A stretch of 23,549 bases of DNA from a virus (taxonomy: Duplodnaviria > Heunggongvirae > Uroviricota > Caudoviricetes), in IMG/VR virus record IMGVR_UViG_3300044640_000771, one strand, 5' to 3'. The notes beneath the pieces were generated by a model. The model was not told where the DNA came from, did no database searches, and saw only the letters and a program-made list of their open reading frames with translations. The position numbers and the translations under genes were made by a program. Below, in pieces: positions 10,510 to 18,552 of this stretch. Numbering within the stretch: the stretch's first letter is position 1; each line of letters starts with the position of its first letter.

Positions 10510-10722
10510 TTAGCCGATGAAGGCAGGGTTAACAACTCGGACGATAAAACCATTACCAGAAACAAATGCTTGCTCTTCAAACTTGGCGCGGATTTTGCCG
10601 AAGCTATAATTCTCCGGCTTATCCCAATTAGACAAGTAATTGTCAGGATTGCGCAAATAGGCGCGAATCTCGCGCAATGCTGCGATCAGTTCGGCCCAGC
10701 TAGAGTAAGAGTAGTCAAGCAT
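10510..10722 (-). CDS. Hypothetical protein
   Basis: 70 aa, AAGG SD, in the same orientation as its neighbours. Confidence 0.65.
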   Translation of the reverse strand: MLDYSYSSWAELIAALREIRAYLRNPDNYLSNWDKPENYSFGKIRAKFEEQAFVSGNGFIVRVVNPAFIG

Positions 10723-10878
10723 GTTGTTTACCTTGTTTGTTTATCCGATGAAACAGATTTGAACAGAAAAAAGCCCCTTTTGCAAACAGGGTTAAAAGCC
10801 CTACTAAATCGGTCGGTTATCTCTTCGGCCTTCTCTTGTTTCTAGACCCGCGCACGAATAGCACTTTCCGTGCCAGCT

Positions 10879-10950
10879 TCATTCCACAATGCGCAATTGT
10901 AACAAGATATTTTTTGCGGCAGTCAATCTGCGCTTGTGGATAACTGCCAT
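10879..10950 (-). CDS. Possible 23-aa peptide
   Basis: MAVIHKRRLTAAKNILLQLRIVE preceded by AGGAG. Confidence 0.35.
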   Translation of the reverse strand: MAVIHKRRLTAAKNILLQLRIVE

Positions 10951-11120
10951 TTTCTCCTATGAAAACCCAGTGTGAACAACCTGTGAAGAGTCGCCAGTTC
11001 GCGGGAAAACTATGTTCTGAGGCAGGGCTAGCCTGAAGCAAATAATTGGTTTGTAGGCCCGATTAGACCCCTTGCCGGGCATTTAGCTTTTGGCTATTGT
11101 TCTGCGGTCTGGTGATAGGC

Positions 11121-11136
11121 TGGCACGCTTTCTGCT
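11121..11136 (+). promoter_or_regulatory. Sigma54-like -24/-12 site
   Basis: TGGCACG-CTTT-CTGCT with canonical GG-N10-GC spacing. Confidence 0.35.
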
Positions 11137-11165
11137 ATGGAATTCCACGCCAGGATACATCACTT

Positions 11166-11280
11166 GTGGCTTATATTTGCCATCGGTTATATTAGCGTTC
11201 ACTTATATGAGTCGTGGCTTATATTGGTATATGCAGATATAAGCATATTCATATATTCGAATATTGGTATATAAGCATAT
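11166..11280. repeat. Array of direct and inverted GCTTATAT motifs
   Basis: GTGGCTTATATT x2 (11166, 11214), ATATAAGCATAT x2 (11237, 11269), ATATTGGTATAT x2 (11221, 11261). Confidence 0.8.
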
Positions 11281-11368
11281 GCGGAAGAACGGATATTCGG
11301 CGCTAAACTCCCCTAGGTTAACGTCCATTCTCCCTTCCAATACTACCTCTCCACCCTGAATCAATTTA

Positions 11369-11411
11369 CCCCTAGAGGTTTTTTATTCAATTTTAGCCTA
11401 GGGGTTTTTTA
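11369..11411 (+). terminator. Hairpin plus T-run (terminator-like)
   Basis: CCCCTAG (11369-11375) / CTAGGGG (11398-11404) followed by TTTTTTT. The CCTAG(A/G)GGTTTTTT motif is itself duplicated. Confidence 0.4.
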
Positions 11412-11432
11412 TCTTCAGTTGAATCGCTGCAA

Positions 11433-11861
11433 TCAGGCAGTCAGGACATACCCCTTATCCCACTTACCAATATGAATACCACGGTAGAAACTGCAGTGGA
11501 AATAATCTGTCATACTATCCGACTCATCCCAATGCCCTTGGGAGATAACAGCATACACAGCCTGCATAAACTCCAGTGCAATACCATCAAACTGATCCTG
11601 CAGATAGTAATGATTGACTTGAATATTCTTTTTGTCTCGGATTTGATCTGCTAGCACAGATGCGGTAGAAGTATACCGTACATTCTCACGTACACCAATG
11701 CGGATATAGCTTTCAATCAAATCAATCTTACCCGATACAACAGTAGCAGTAACCTTGCTGGTATTGCTGCCACTCAGCGTAACCTTCATGCCGTACTTCT
11801 TGCAGATAGGCTTCAATGCTTCGCGCATTGCGTTGACTTCAGCCTTGGTGATGAAAGCCAT
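11433..11861 (-). CDS. Conserved phage early protein (LPD29-like C-terminal motif)
   Basis: C-terminal DESDSMTDYFHCSFY..IHIGKWDKGY. AAAGGA SD. Family name tentative. Confidence 0.7.
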   Translation of the reverse strand: MAFITKAEVNAMREALKPICKKYGMKVTLSGSNTSKVTATVVSGKIDLIESYIRIGVRENVRYTSTASVLADQIRDKKNIQVNHYYLQDQFDGIALEFMQAVYAVISQGHWDESDSMTDYFHCSFYRGIHIGKWDKGYVLTA

Positions 11862-11890
11862 GATGTTCCTTTGTCAGTTGGTATGGGAGA

Positions 11891-11918
11891 ATTATAGCTG
11901 AACTGTACTAATTGTCAA
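11891..11918 (-). promoter_or_regulatory. Sigma70-type promoter
   Basis: TTGACA-16 nt-TATAAT. Confidence 0.8.
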
Positions 11919-12031
11919 GAGTAGTCTCGTACAGGCAAACATTGTAGCTAGGTTCATAGTACTCAGCGCGGCAGTTCCGATACTCTTTCATCTGCCCTTC
12001 TTTGCTGTAAGTACTAACCATGTAAACCGTT

Positions 12032-12445
12032 TTATTGTTGTAGTTCACGATAACACTGTATAGTACTTTCACTGATTACTCCTTTATCTCGCTTCAACGT
12101 AATGTGACAGACAGAAGGATTATCCAGCAAAGACACAAGAATGTCAAATCCCTTCTGTGCGGTGATCTTCAGTTCCATGCTGGGGATCGCACTATCATGT
12201 GCATACACTGCAGCAATCATGGGTTTGAATGCTTCGGGTTGTTTTACTTCTTGAGGACTCGTACTGTTTACCGCAATGATTTCATCTGCGTATACGTGAG
12301 TGAAGGTAGTTTCTCCACTTCGGACCAATACTGAATGTGAATCTTGTCGAATCACCACAGCTTGTCGGCGCTGACTAAAACCAGCGAAACGATAATCGAT
12401 AACGTCACCATTTTGAATCGAATTAAACTCTTCTTTTGTAATCAT
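12032..12445 (-). CDS. Hypothetical protein
   Basis: Start moved to MITKEEF after AGGAG. SH3-like N-terminal half is a guess. Confidence 0.7.
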   Translation of the reverse strand: MITKEEFNSIQNGDVIDYRFAGFSQRRQAVVIRQDSHSVLVRSGETTFTHVYADEIIAVNSTSPQEVKQPEAFKPMIAAVYAHDSAIPSMELKITAQKGFDILVSLLDNPSVCHITLKRDKGVISESTIQCYRELQQ

Positions 12446-12502
12446 CAGTATTCTCCTATGTTTTCCAGGATATTTGGAATTCTCTGTCAAATTCTTACAG
12501 AA

Positions 12503-12751
12503 TTATTCGATGGTGATAGTAACGTCTACTTCAATGAAACCGAATTGACTATACCGAGAAGTCCAGCTGGAATAAACACCAGAAAGATCAATCCAGACAC
12601 CATACTCTGTATTGTATCCGGTAGCAAACAGCAGCTTTCCAATGTACAAATCATCGGGAGCAACTTTGCACACGTAGAACCGACCTTGTTTCAAGTCGTC
12701 ATGACCCAGCAGCTTTTCACCAGCAAGCTTATTCACAATCTTAACAGCCAT
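12503..12751 (-). CDS. Hypothetical protein
   Basis: 82 aa with AAGGAG SD. Confidence 0.75.
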   Translation of the reverse strand: MAVKIVNKLAGEKLLGHDDLKQGRFYVCKVAPDDLYIGKLLFATGYNTEYGVWIDLSGVYSSWTSRYSQFGFIEVDVTITIE

Positions 12752-12782
12752 TACTTACTCCTTAATTTGAAGAACAGGATGA

Positions 12783-12811
12783 ATTTTACAGAGAATTATT
12801 CAGGTTGTCAA
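12783..12811 (-). promoter_or_regulatory. Sigma70-type promoter
   Basis: TTGACA-17 nt-TAAAAT. The -35 overlaps the TGA stop of 12808-13116. Confidence 0.75.
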
Positions 12812-13116
12812 CTACTGAACTCTTCAATCATGTTGTCAACCCATGCAAAGCGATACGCTTGCTTTTCTTCTTCACGTTTCAGGTCAATACCATGCACAAT
12901 CCATAGCCAAGTAATCACGCTCAGACTACCATCGAGCCTTTGATCAATCAAATCGGTAAGTTTGTGGTCTTCAGTGCTACCGATGGCATCACAGATAGCG
13001 CAACAAACAAAGCTTGTTTCATCATCTGGCATTTCACCTTTGCCATCCCAAAGAAACTTCTTAGCTTCCTTCAGAATCTTGACAAATTCTTTCTTGTCCG
13101 CTTTAGTAATTTCCAT
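12808..13116 (-). CDS. Hypothetical protein, paralog family A
   Basis: LKEAKKFLWDG...VCCAI...RLDG...WL...YRFAWVDNMIEEFSS. Paralog of 14339-14656. Confidence 0.8.
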   Translation of the reverse strand: MEITKADKKEFVKILKEAKKFLWDGKGEMPDDETSFVCCAICDAIGSTEDHKLTDLIDQRLDGSLSVITWLWIVHGIDLKREEEKQAYRFAWVDNMIEEFSS

Positions 13117-13145
13117 GTTTTCTCCTATTCTGAACTGATGAATGA

Positions 13146-13174
13146 ATTCTAGATCAAATCTTTCATTTCGTCAA
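13146..13174 (-). promoter_or_regulatory. Sigma70-type promoter
   Basis: TTGACG-17 nt-TAGAAT followed by TCATTCATC. Confidence 0.75.
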
Positions 13175-13630
13175 CGCCTGGGTTGCAGCCACGATAGCTT
13201 GCTTGGCTAGCCACAGTTCAGGTTTGAACAGCTTGACCCACAACCAGATATTACAGAGCATAACTGTACTCAGTAGGATTCCAAACAACGCAGGAACATG
13301 CGATAGACCCCATCCGAATGCATCGAAAACACTGTAGGTTGTCCAATTCTTGGTTGCGAATTCGATCTGTGCGGATTCTTTTTCATAGCCAAACTTATCC
13401 TTTGCAACTGCTTTGGCTTGTGCAAAAGATTTTGCCTTTGAATTGCGGAGAAATCGGAGCAGCACAAAGGATGCTACAGCAATCAGCACAGCCCCTAGGA
13501 TGGTCTGCAGTGCATCAATCTGAATTGTCAGAAGGCCAATCTCATAGGCTTGCTTTGCGACAGGTACAGCAGCATCAATGAACTTGCCGAGATAGGCTTG
13601 AGCTTGAGTAAGGATTTGATTTGTATCCAA
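13163..13630 (-). CDS. Hypothetical membrane protein
   Basis: Two hydrophobic segments. TTG start after AGGAG. Confidence 0.75.
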   Translation of the reverse strand: MDTNQILTQAQAYLGKFIDAAVPVAKQAYEIGLLTIQIDALQTILGAVLIAVASFVLLRFLRNSKAKSFAQAKAVAKDKFGYEKESAQIEFATKNWTTYSVFDAFGWGLSHVPALFGILLSTVMLCNIWLWVKLFKPELWLAKQAIVAATQALTK

Positions 13631-13764
13631 GTTATTCTCCTGAAGTTTAAGTTTGTTTGTTTTGCCTAGCCTTTTGTAACTAGGAACTTTCCTTTAGTCC
13701 TGCGTCCAGGAGGAACGTTTTTACATTTAAACTACGAAACAGAACCAATTCTACTACAAATTTT

Positions 13765-13983
13765 TCAGAAAGAAAAGACCATACCTTGAGCAGAGACAGC
13801 CTTGAACTTCTTGGGAGTACGACCACGAGCAGGCTTCTCGCCTTCACCGGCATCTTCCAGCAGCTTATGCTTCGCCAGATTTGCCACAGTGATCTTGTCG
13901 AGTGCCTGACCGTTCAGCTTGACCTTCTTATCTTCAAAGTCCTTAGCTGTGCCAGTGAATTCGAATGCTGCGATTTGGTTCAT
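13765..13983 (-). CDS. Small basic hypothetical protein
   Basis: 72 aa with AAAGGAG SD and GEKPARGRTPKK motif. Confidence 0.75.
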   Translation of the reverse strand: MNQIAAFEFTGTAKDFEDKKVKLNGQALDKITVANLAKHKLLEDAGEGEKPARGRTPKKFKAVSAQGMVFSF

Positions 13984-14013
13984 GTTTAGCTCCTTTGTTG
14001 AATCGATGAAAGA

Positions 14014-14042
14014 ATTCTAATCTGTTTATTCTGCTGTGTCAA
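14014..14042 (-). promoter_or_regulatory. Sigma70-type promoter
   Basis: TTGACA-17 nt-TAGAAT followed by TCTTTCATCG. Confidence 0.8.
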
Positions 14043-14284
14043 GTAGGAAGCATGTAAGCCTTGACTTCAACCAATGGGTAGACATGAAAGTTACCGTTAG
14101 TTACTGCACTGTCATCAGATGCGATACCGTAGACTTTATCTTCTCCATTAGCCCCAGAAGTAACGATGTTTTGCGAAGTAACAATGACAATGTTATTCGA
14201 CAAGTCTTTGTACAGTCCCGGTTTTGCTACACAAATGCGATAGTCAGCTTTGTTTTTTGCTGTTTCAAAGGTAATCTTCGTCAT
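14039..14284 (-). CDS. Hypothetical protein
   Basis: 81 aa with AGGAG SD. Confidence 0.75.
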   Translation of the reverse strand: MTKITFETAKNKADYRICVAKPGLYKDLSNNIVIVTSQNIVTSGANGEDKVYGIASDDSAVTNGNFHVYPLVEVKAYMLPT

Positions 14285-14313
14285 GTGTTTCTCCTGTTTG
14301 TTACGATGAAAGA

Positions 14314-14342
14314 ATTCTAAGTGATTTCTAGTGCAATGTCAA
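14314..14342 (-). promoter_or_regulatory. Sigma70-type promoter
   Basis: TTGACA-17 nt-TAGAAT followed by TCTTTCATCG. Shares 16 identical bp with the 14014 promoter. Confidence 0.8.
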
Positions 14343-14656
14343 CTACTGAATTCTTCAATCAGCTTGTCTACCCAAGCGTGACGATGTTGCTGCAGTTGCT
14401 GACTAGTCACCAGAGACATGTTAACACCTTTTTCTTGCAACCAACACTGCAAAGTGTGGCAACCATTGAGGCGTTCACTAATGATAGTACGCATTTCAAA
14501 TGCGTCTACCCATGCAGCGGGATATTTGTTAGCAACATACCTCAAAGCAACGCAGATAAATTCTTCCTTGCCGGCTTCGTTGTCAGGATCTCCATCCCAT
14601 AGAACCTTCTTTGCTTCTTTCAGAGCAAATACCTTAACTTCATGATTATATTTCAT
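14339..14656 (-). CDS. Hypothetical protein, paralog family A
   Basis: LKEAKKVLWDG...ICVAL...RLNG...WL...HRHAWVDKLIEEFSS. Confidence 0.8.
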   Translation of the reverse strand: MKYNHEVKVFALKEAKKVLWDGDPDNEAGKEEFICVALRYVANKYPAAWVDAFEMRTIISERLNGCHTLQCWLQEKGVNMSLVTSQQLQQHRHAWVDKLIEEFSS

Positions 14657-14659
14657 AAA

Positions 14660-15064
14660 TTACTCCTTGATGTGAACGAGTCGAACTTCCAGCACTCCGC
14701 TGGACTTGCTGTATTCTAGCACAGCACCTTCTTCTTCTGCAACCATTGCTAGGAACATCAGCCAAGAGTAGCGATACTCTTGAACAACATCGTCCTTAAC
14801 ATCATTGAATGCACGGAAAGTGCCGCACAGCCCGTTTGTAAGGGTAGGTGCAAATGCTTCAATGTAGTCAATGACAGGATACTTCAGGACAGAAGGCAAT
14901 CCCCATTTGACTACATAATCATCGTAGAAGTCACCCAGCGCACGGAAGATAGCATCGCAGCTATAGACCGACTTATCCCAGGTATCATCGTCGTCATAGA
15001 TGCCTTCAAACAGATACTTGTTAGCAGCCAATTCAAAGACTTCACTCAGCTTGATTTGATTCAT
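14660..15064 (-). CDS. Hypothetical protein, distant member of family A
   Basis: ELAANKYLFEG...YSCDAI...QEYRYSWL resembles the family A motifs. Confidence 0.7.
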   Translation of the reverse strand: MNQIKLSEVFELAANKYLFEGIYDDDDTWDKSVYSCDAIFRALGDFYDDYVVKWGLPSVLKYPVIDYIEAFAPTLTNGLCGTFRAFNDVKDDVVQEYRYSWLMFLAMVAEEEGAVLEYSKSSGVLEVRLVHIKE

Positions 15065-15067
15065 CGA

Positions 15068-15205
15068 TTACTCCTGTTTGTTGGGATGCTTAGGATTGTA
15101 CTGCTCTTTCTTTTTCTTGTCTACATGCTTGCCTGCCTTCTTCCGTTGCAAAGGAACAACAGTAGGATTGCGAGGTTTAGTAGCAGGGAGAGTAACGCTT
15201 TGCAT
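15068..15205 (-). CDS. Small basic protein (45 aa)
   Basis: MQSVTLPATKPRNPTVVPLQRKKAGKHVDKKKKEQYNPKHPNKQE. The KPRNP...AGKH motif recurs in phage hypotheticals. TAATG coupling to the upstream gene. Confidence 0.6.
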   Translation of the reverse strand: MQSVTLPATKPRNPTVVPLQRKKAGKHVDKKKKEQYNPKHPNKQE

Positions 15206-15402
15206 TATCTAATCCTATATTCAACGTAGATCATTGGGGAAACGAATAGTACCACAGATACAATCGTTACAAAACCGTAACGAGAATCCTTAGACCACAG
15301 ACCTGGATCAATCTGCCAGTTATAGAATGCGAACAATCCGAAGATTGTAGCACATACCCAAGCAAGAAGGAAGATGAATTGTAGGGGTTTCATTTGTCCC
15401 AT
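15205..15402 (-). CDS. Small two-TM membrane protein
   Basis: Two hydrophobic helices around a WQIDPGLWSKDSR loop. Confidence 0.7.
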   Translation of the reverse strand: MGQMKPLQFIFLLAWVCATIFGLFAFYNWQIDPGLWSKDSRYGFVTIVSVVLFVSPMIYVEYRIR

Positions 15403-15608
15403 TCCTTTTTATTGTAGAAGCCGATGCGGGTAGAGTTGTCTTTACACAACACTTGAACTCGTCGAGAATCCTTGCGCATTGTTTCTTTTGCTTCAATAAA
15501 AGTCCAACCTTTACCGTCACAAAGATACTCTGCAAACTTCACATCGGTGTTTGCAATTTCACCACAAGCAGCAAGAAAAACAACAAGGGTTAGGATTAGA
15601 CGTTTCAT
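15390..15608 (-). CDS. Putative lipoprotein
   Basis: MKRLILTLVVFLAAC lipobox-type signal peptide, with two further Cys. Confidence 0.7.
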   Translation of the reverse strand: MKRLILTLVVFLAACGEIANTDVKFAEYLCDGKGWTFIEAKETMRKDSRRVQVLCKDNSTRIGFYNKKEWDK

Positions 15609-15610
15609 GT

Positions 15611-15934
15611 TTACTTCCTTTGAAACTTAGCCTTCAGACGCTGATATTCATCATATTCAGGGTCGGCTTTTTGATTGCACCACACATTGAATTCCAGGCG
15701 ACTGTCGCTATCGCGCCATTCAATAAACAATTTTGCAGCAGTTTCATACTCGTTCTTAGCGATAGGAACAATTTGGATAACCTTCTCGCGCCAGATAACC
15801 TTGTTGTCTGCACAAACATTATCAGCGCGAAGAGTCTCACAAAGGTTGATCCCAGTCGCAACGCATTCAAGGCAACTACTCTTATGTATTTCGGGAATAG
15901 TCTCATATGTCTTACCTTCAAAAGTCTTTTCCAT
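15611..15934 (-). CDS. Hypothetical Cys-containing protein
   Basis: CLEC...C...C cluster. Start moved to MEKTF after AAGGAG. Confidence 0.7.
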   Translation of the reverse strand: MEKTFEGKTYETIPEIHKSSCLECVATGINLCETLRADNVCADNKVIWREKVIQIVPIAKNEYETAAKLFIEWRDSDSRLEFNVWCNQKADPEYDEYQRLKAKFQRK

Positions 15935-15936
15935 AT

Positions 15937-16431
15937 TCACTCCTTGTAGAACAAATGATTACCTACGCTAGCAACTTTTACTTTGAATGCTGCCCACTTA
16001 GGTTTTACCTTGTGTGTATGGTAGAAGATTGTATTCTTGGGTAGCAACTTTGTCAACTCTTCCTGCTGCGTCGCTGCTATCTCTCGCGCCTGATGAAACT
16101 TCAGTTCATCTTTCTTCTGCATTCCTGTAACATCGGCATCGAGAACAGAAATTATTGTACTGTACTTTTGTTGGTGTGTCCAGCTGAACTGCTTTGGCTG
16201 AAAAACAACACTGCACATGTCAGCTGGGTACTTGCTGTGCTTCAATCGGTTGATTGTGACAGCAGCTACTGCTTTCATCCCTTTGATAGACTCACCCCTA
16301 GCCTCAAAGAAAATATTCGCCGCTAGACAATCCTCCGAAGAGAAATGCCTAACGGCGGAATGTTCTAGCGGTTTAGCCGGTGCTATGGTAAGCGTGAAAA
16401 GCAGCAACAGTTTGATTATAGTAGTCTTCAT
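15937..16431 (-). CDS. Cell wall hydrolase, SleB/Hydrolase_2 family
   Basis: CLAANIFFEARGES...AVAAVTINR...YP..MCSVVFQPKQFSW...FYHT...GNHLFY. Signal peptide MKTTIIKLLLLF. Confidence 0.9.
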   Translation of the reverse strand: MKTTIIKLLLLFTLTIAPAKPLEHSAVRHFSSEDCLAANIFFEARGESIKGMKAVAAVTINRLKHSKYPADMCSVVFQPKQFSWTHQQKYSTIISVLDADVTGMQKKDELKFHQAREIAATQQEELTKLLPKNTIFYHTHKVKPKWAAFKVKVASVGNHLFYKE

Positions 16432-16609
16432 CTTGTTTCTTTTCCTGTTCAGTGCGTGTATCTTGCCAGTAGGAGTTGCACTTGTCAAGACCCTCTTCAA
16501 CTTGAAAAGCAGAATAGGATTGTCGCATAACGCTCGGGCTTGCTGTAAAGCGGTAGCAAGTATCTTTGCTAGGGCAAGACTTGTTCATGCACATGGAGAT
16601 ATCGGGCAT
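16373..16609 (-). CDS. Cys-rich hypothetical protein
   Basis: MPDISMC...CPSKDTCYRFTA...C..YW. AAGGAG SD. Overlaps the start of the hydrolase gene by 59 nt. Confidence 0.7.
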   Translation of the reverse strand: MPDISMCMNKSCPSKDTCYRFTASPSVMRQSYSAFQVEEGLDKCNSYWQDTRTEQEKKQDEDYYNQTVAAFHAYHSTG

Positions 16610-16611
16610 GG

Positions 16612-16848
16612 TTACTCCTTGATGATTTCAATCAATTCAACGTCATTGATGTGCAAGCACCAACCTCTCACATCAAAACAACCAATCTGCTCTTCATCAT
16701 CAGGTTTAGATGGTGCAAACCATTCCGCTACATACTCCTGACCAACGATCAGAGAATTACCAGCTGTCATGTTGCGAGCTACATTATTCATACCATAGTG
16801 ACGCAACTCAACAATTTTAACGACAACTTTTTGACCTTCTTTAAGCAT
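16612..16848 (-). CDS. Hypothetical protein
   Basis: 78 aa with AAGGAG SD. Confidence 0.7.
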   Translation of the reverse strand: MLKEGQKVVVKIVELRHYGMNNVARNMTAGNSLIVGQEYVAEWFAPSKPDDEEQIGCFDVRGWCLHINDVELIEIIKE

Positions 16849-16857
16849 ATTTACTCC

Positions 16858-16992
16858 TTAAAACAACGCCTCTTCAGGCTCTGGTTCCTTGAACTTTGAC
16901 AAATCCTTCTGCAGTGGAATCCCTTTGTATGTAGGGAAGGGCCACTGCTCAGGAGGAATCTGCAGTGTATCTGGACTTTGATTAGGTGTCAA
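16858..16992 (-). CDS. Small hypothetical protein with WPFP motif
   Basis: A TTG start near the stop of the upstream gene gives 44 aa. The longer ORF-track start would overlap the upstream gene by 130 nt. Confidence 0.5.
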   Translation of the reverse strand: MTPNQSPDTLQIPPEQWPFPTYKGIPLQKDLSKFKEPEPEEALF

Positions 16993-17332
16993 GACCTTGA
17001 CCTTCAGTGTAGGTGACTTCGATGCAGGCGATTCGGCTGTCAGCAGCGCATCTGTCTGCTTCACTTTTTGATTGATAAATTTCACCACTGAGTTCATGGC
17101 AAGGGTAAACATTGATCCAACCAGTAACAGGAACAGACTTTACTCGCCAGTCAATGTGGTCTGCAGCTTCAACCAGATGCTTGAACAGTTCTTCCTGGAT
17201 GTAGCGTCCAGATTGAATGATAACAGAGGACAGATCAAGCCAAGCAGCACAACTGCCCATGCTCTTATTAAACCACTGAACCTCTTTACCTTCAGCGATA
17301 GCTTCAATGATGTGCGAAAAAGGATGCTTCAT
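16982..17332 (-). CDS. Hypothetical protein
   Basis: IIEAIAEGKEVQW...GWINVY...ADSRIACIEV. AGGAG SD. Confidence 0.75.
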   Translation of the reverse strand: MKHPFSHIIEAIAEGKEVQWFNKSMGSCAAWLDLSSVIIQSGRYIQEELFKHLVEAADHIDWRVKSVPVTGWINVYPCHELSGEIYQSKSEADRCAADSRIACIEVTYTEGQGLDT

Positions 17333-17554
17333 TTATTTCTCCTGTTGAATTTGAACCTTCAGTGTAACAGTCTTTTCGATGGCGTGCAAGTCTGAGCCTT
17401 TCACTTCGCACCAGACTCGGTTAGGCTTCTCAACCAGCGCAAATTGGTGCCACACACCTGACATATCAAAGTTAGTACCGAGATAGATCAGACGTTCAGG
17501 CTGATACTTCCAGTTGTACCGACCACCGACTTCAATGTTGTCTTCATTCACCAT
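17333..17554 (-). CDS. Conserved phage hypothetical protein
   Basis: GGRYNWKYQPERLIYLG...WHQFALVE...VWCEV. Confidence 0.75.
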   Translation of the reverse strand: MVNEDNIEVGGRYNWKYQPERLIYLGTNFDMSGVWHQFALVEKPNRVWCEVKGSDLHAIEKTVTLKVQIQQEK

Positions 17555-17705
17555 TGTTTTCCCCACGCTTCAGTCGTCGTGCTTCAGAGTAATTATCCTT
17601 CTTTTGGCGCTTTGGGTCAACCCTCTTGTACGGATTGGGTTCCTTCTTTTGGCGCTTCTCAAAGTTAGAGAATTCTTGCTCTTCGTCAACATAACGGAAT
17701 TTCAT
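17544..17705 (-). CDS. Small charged protein (53 aa) with an internal KRQKK repeat
   Basis: MKFRYVDEEQEFSNFEKRQKKEPNPYKRVDPKRQKKDNYSEARRLKRGENNGE. 17-bp direct repeat at 17596 and 17641. Confidence 0.6.
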   Translation of the reverse strand: MKFRYVDEEQEFSNFEKRQKKEPNPYKRVDPKRQKKDNYSEARRLKRGENNGE

Positions 17706-17917
17706 TAGTTACCTTCCTTTGCTTGGATAAAAGATACAGCGTTTTCGTAGGTCATTGCTTGAGCTTCAACTACATAATCGTACTCCCAATCATCTGGATC
17801 ATCTGAAGCATTGATTGTACCCCAAACTTTGTAAACGTCAAACAGTTGCTTGTTTGCACCATTTCGGTAGATACGATACTCTTTGGGACCAACGATTTTG
17901 TTTGTGATGTACTGCAT
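17705..17917 (-). CDS. Hypothetical protein
   Basis: Start moved to MQYITNK after AGGAG. Confidence 0.7.
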   Translation of the reverse strand: MQYITNKIVGPKEYRIYRNGANKQLFDVYKVWGTINASDDPDDWEYDYVVEAQAMTYENAVSFIQAKEGN

Positions 17918-17989
17918 TGTATTAGTTCTCCTGTAGGAAGTCAATCTCTAGGCTAGCGATCAGTTCTCTTTCGTCTTCATCTGTTACGA

Positions 17990-18019
17990 AGTATAGTTCA
18001 TCTTCTTCTAATTCGTCAA
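17990..18019 (-). promoter_or_regulatory. Possible sigma70-type promoter
   Basis: TTGACG-18 nt-TATACT. Confidence 0.45.
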
Positions 18020-18552
18020 GTGGGCTTAATTGCATTAATGATTTTTCCTTTCAACTTCTCAAACTCTCCGTTGCTATAGTCTTCGAAGAGTTCTTTGCAA
18101 GTCAGCCCAGGGTAGATCATACCATGCATATCTTCTTCGAAGATTGAATAGTTTGCATACCGAGGGTGAATTGATAGTGTACGATTGATACTTTCAAGGT
18201 AGAAAAGGAAGTGCAGGGTTATGGTACTTCGGGTGATAGTATCGATACTCAGATCGGTCTGACCCTGACCGAAGGCAATCAACCAGCGCAACTGATTCAG
18301 AGTAGTATCATGTACCTTGTCTTTCATTTCCAGGGAACATAGTTGCATGAATTCTTTGATATCTTCGTTGGACATAGCCAGGAAGAAGAATCCAGTGCAT
18401 ACATAGTTCTTGATCCAGAAATTTTCATGGCTCAGATGCCGGATGTAACTGTTATCCGTACCAGTATACAACTTATTTAGAACCAGTGGATTCTCCAGTT
18501 GGTAACCTTTGTTCCACCAGTTCTTGTCGTAGTTGTCCTGCACTTCTTGCAT
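18016..18552 (-). CDS. Hypothetical protein
   Basis: 178 aa. TAATG coupling to the HU-like gene. Confidence 0.75.
   Translation of the reverse strand: MQEVQDNYDKNWWNKGYQLENPLVLNKLYTGTDNSYIRHLSHENFWIKNYVCTGFFFLAMSNEDIKEFMQLCSLEMKDKVHDTTLNQLRWLIAFGQGQTDLSIDTITRSTITLHFLFYLESINRTLSIHPRYANYSIFEEDMHGMIYPGLTCKELFEDYSNGEFEKLKGKIINAIKPT

Noticed and set aside
16465-16494. TTGACA inside gene 16373-16609 as a promoter for the hydrolase
   Set aside because: The candidate -10 (CAAGAT) is poor, so there is not enough support to list it.
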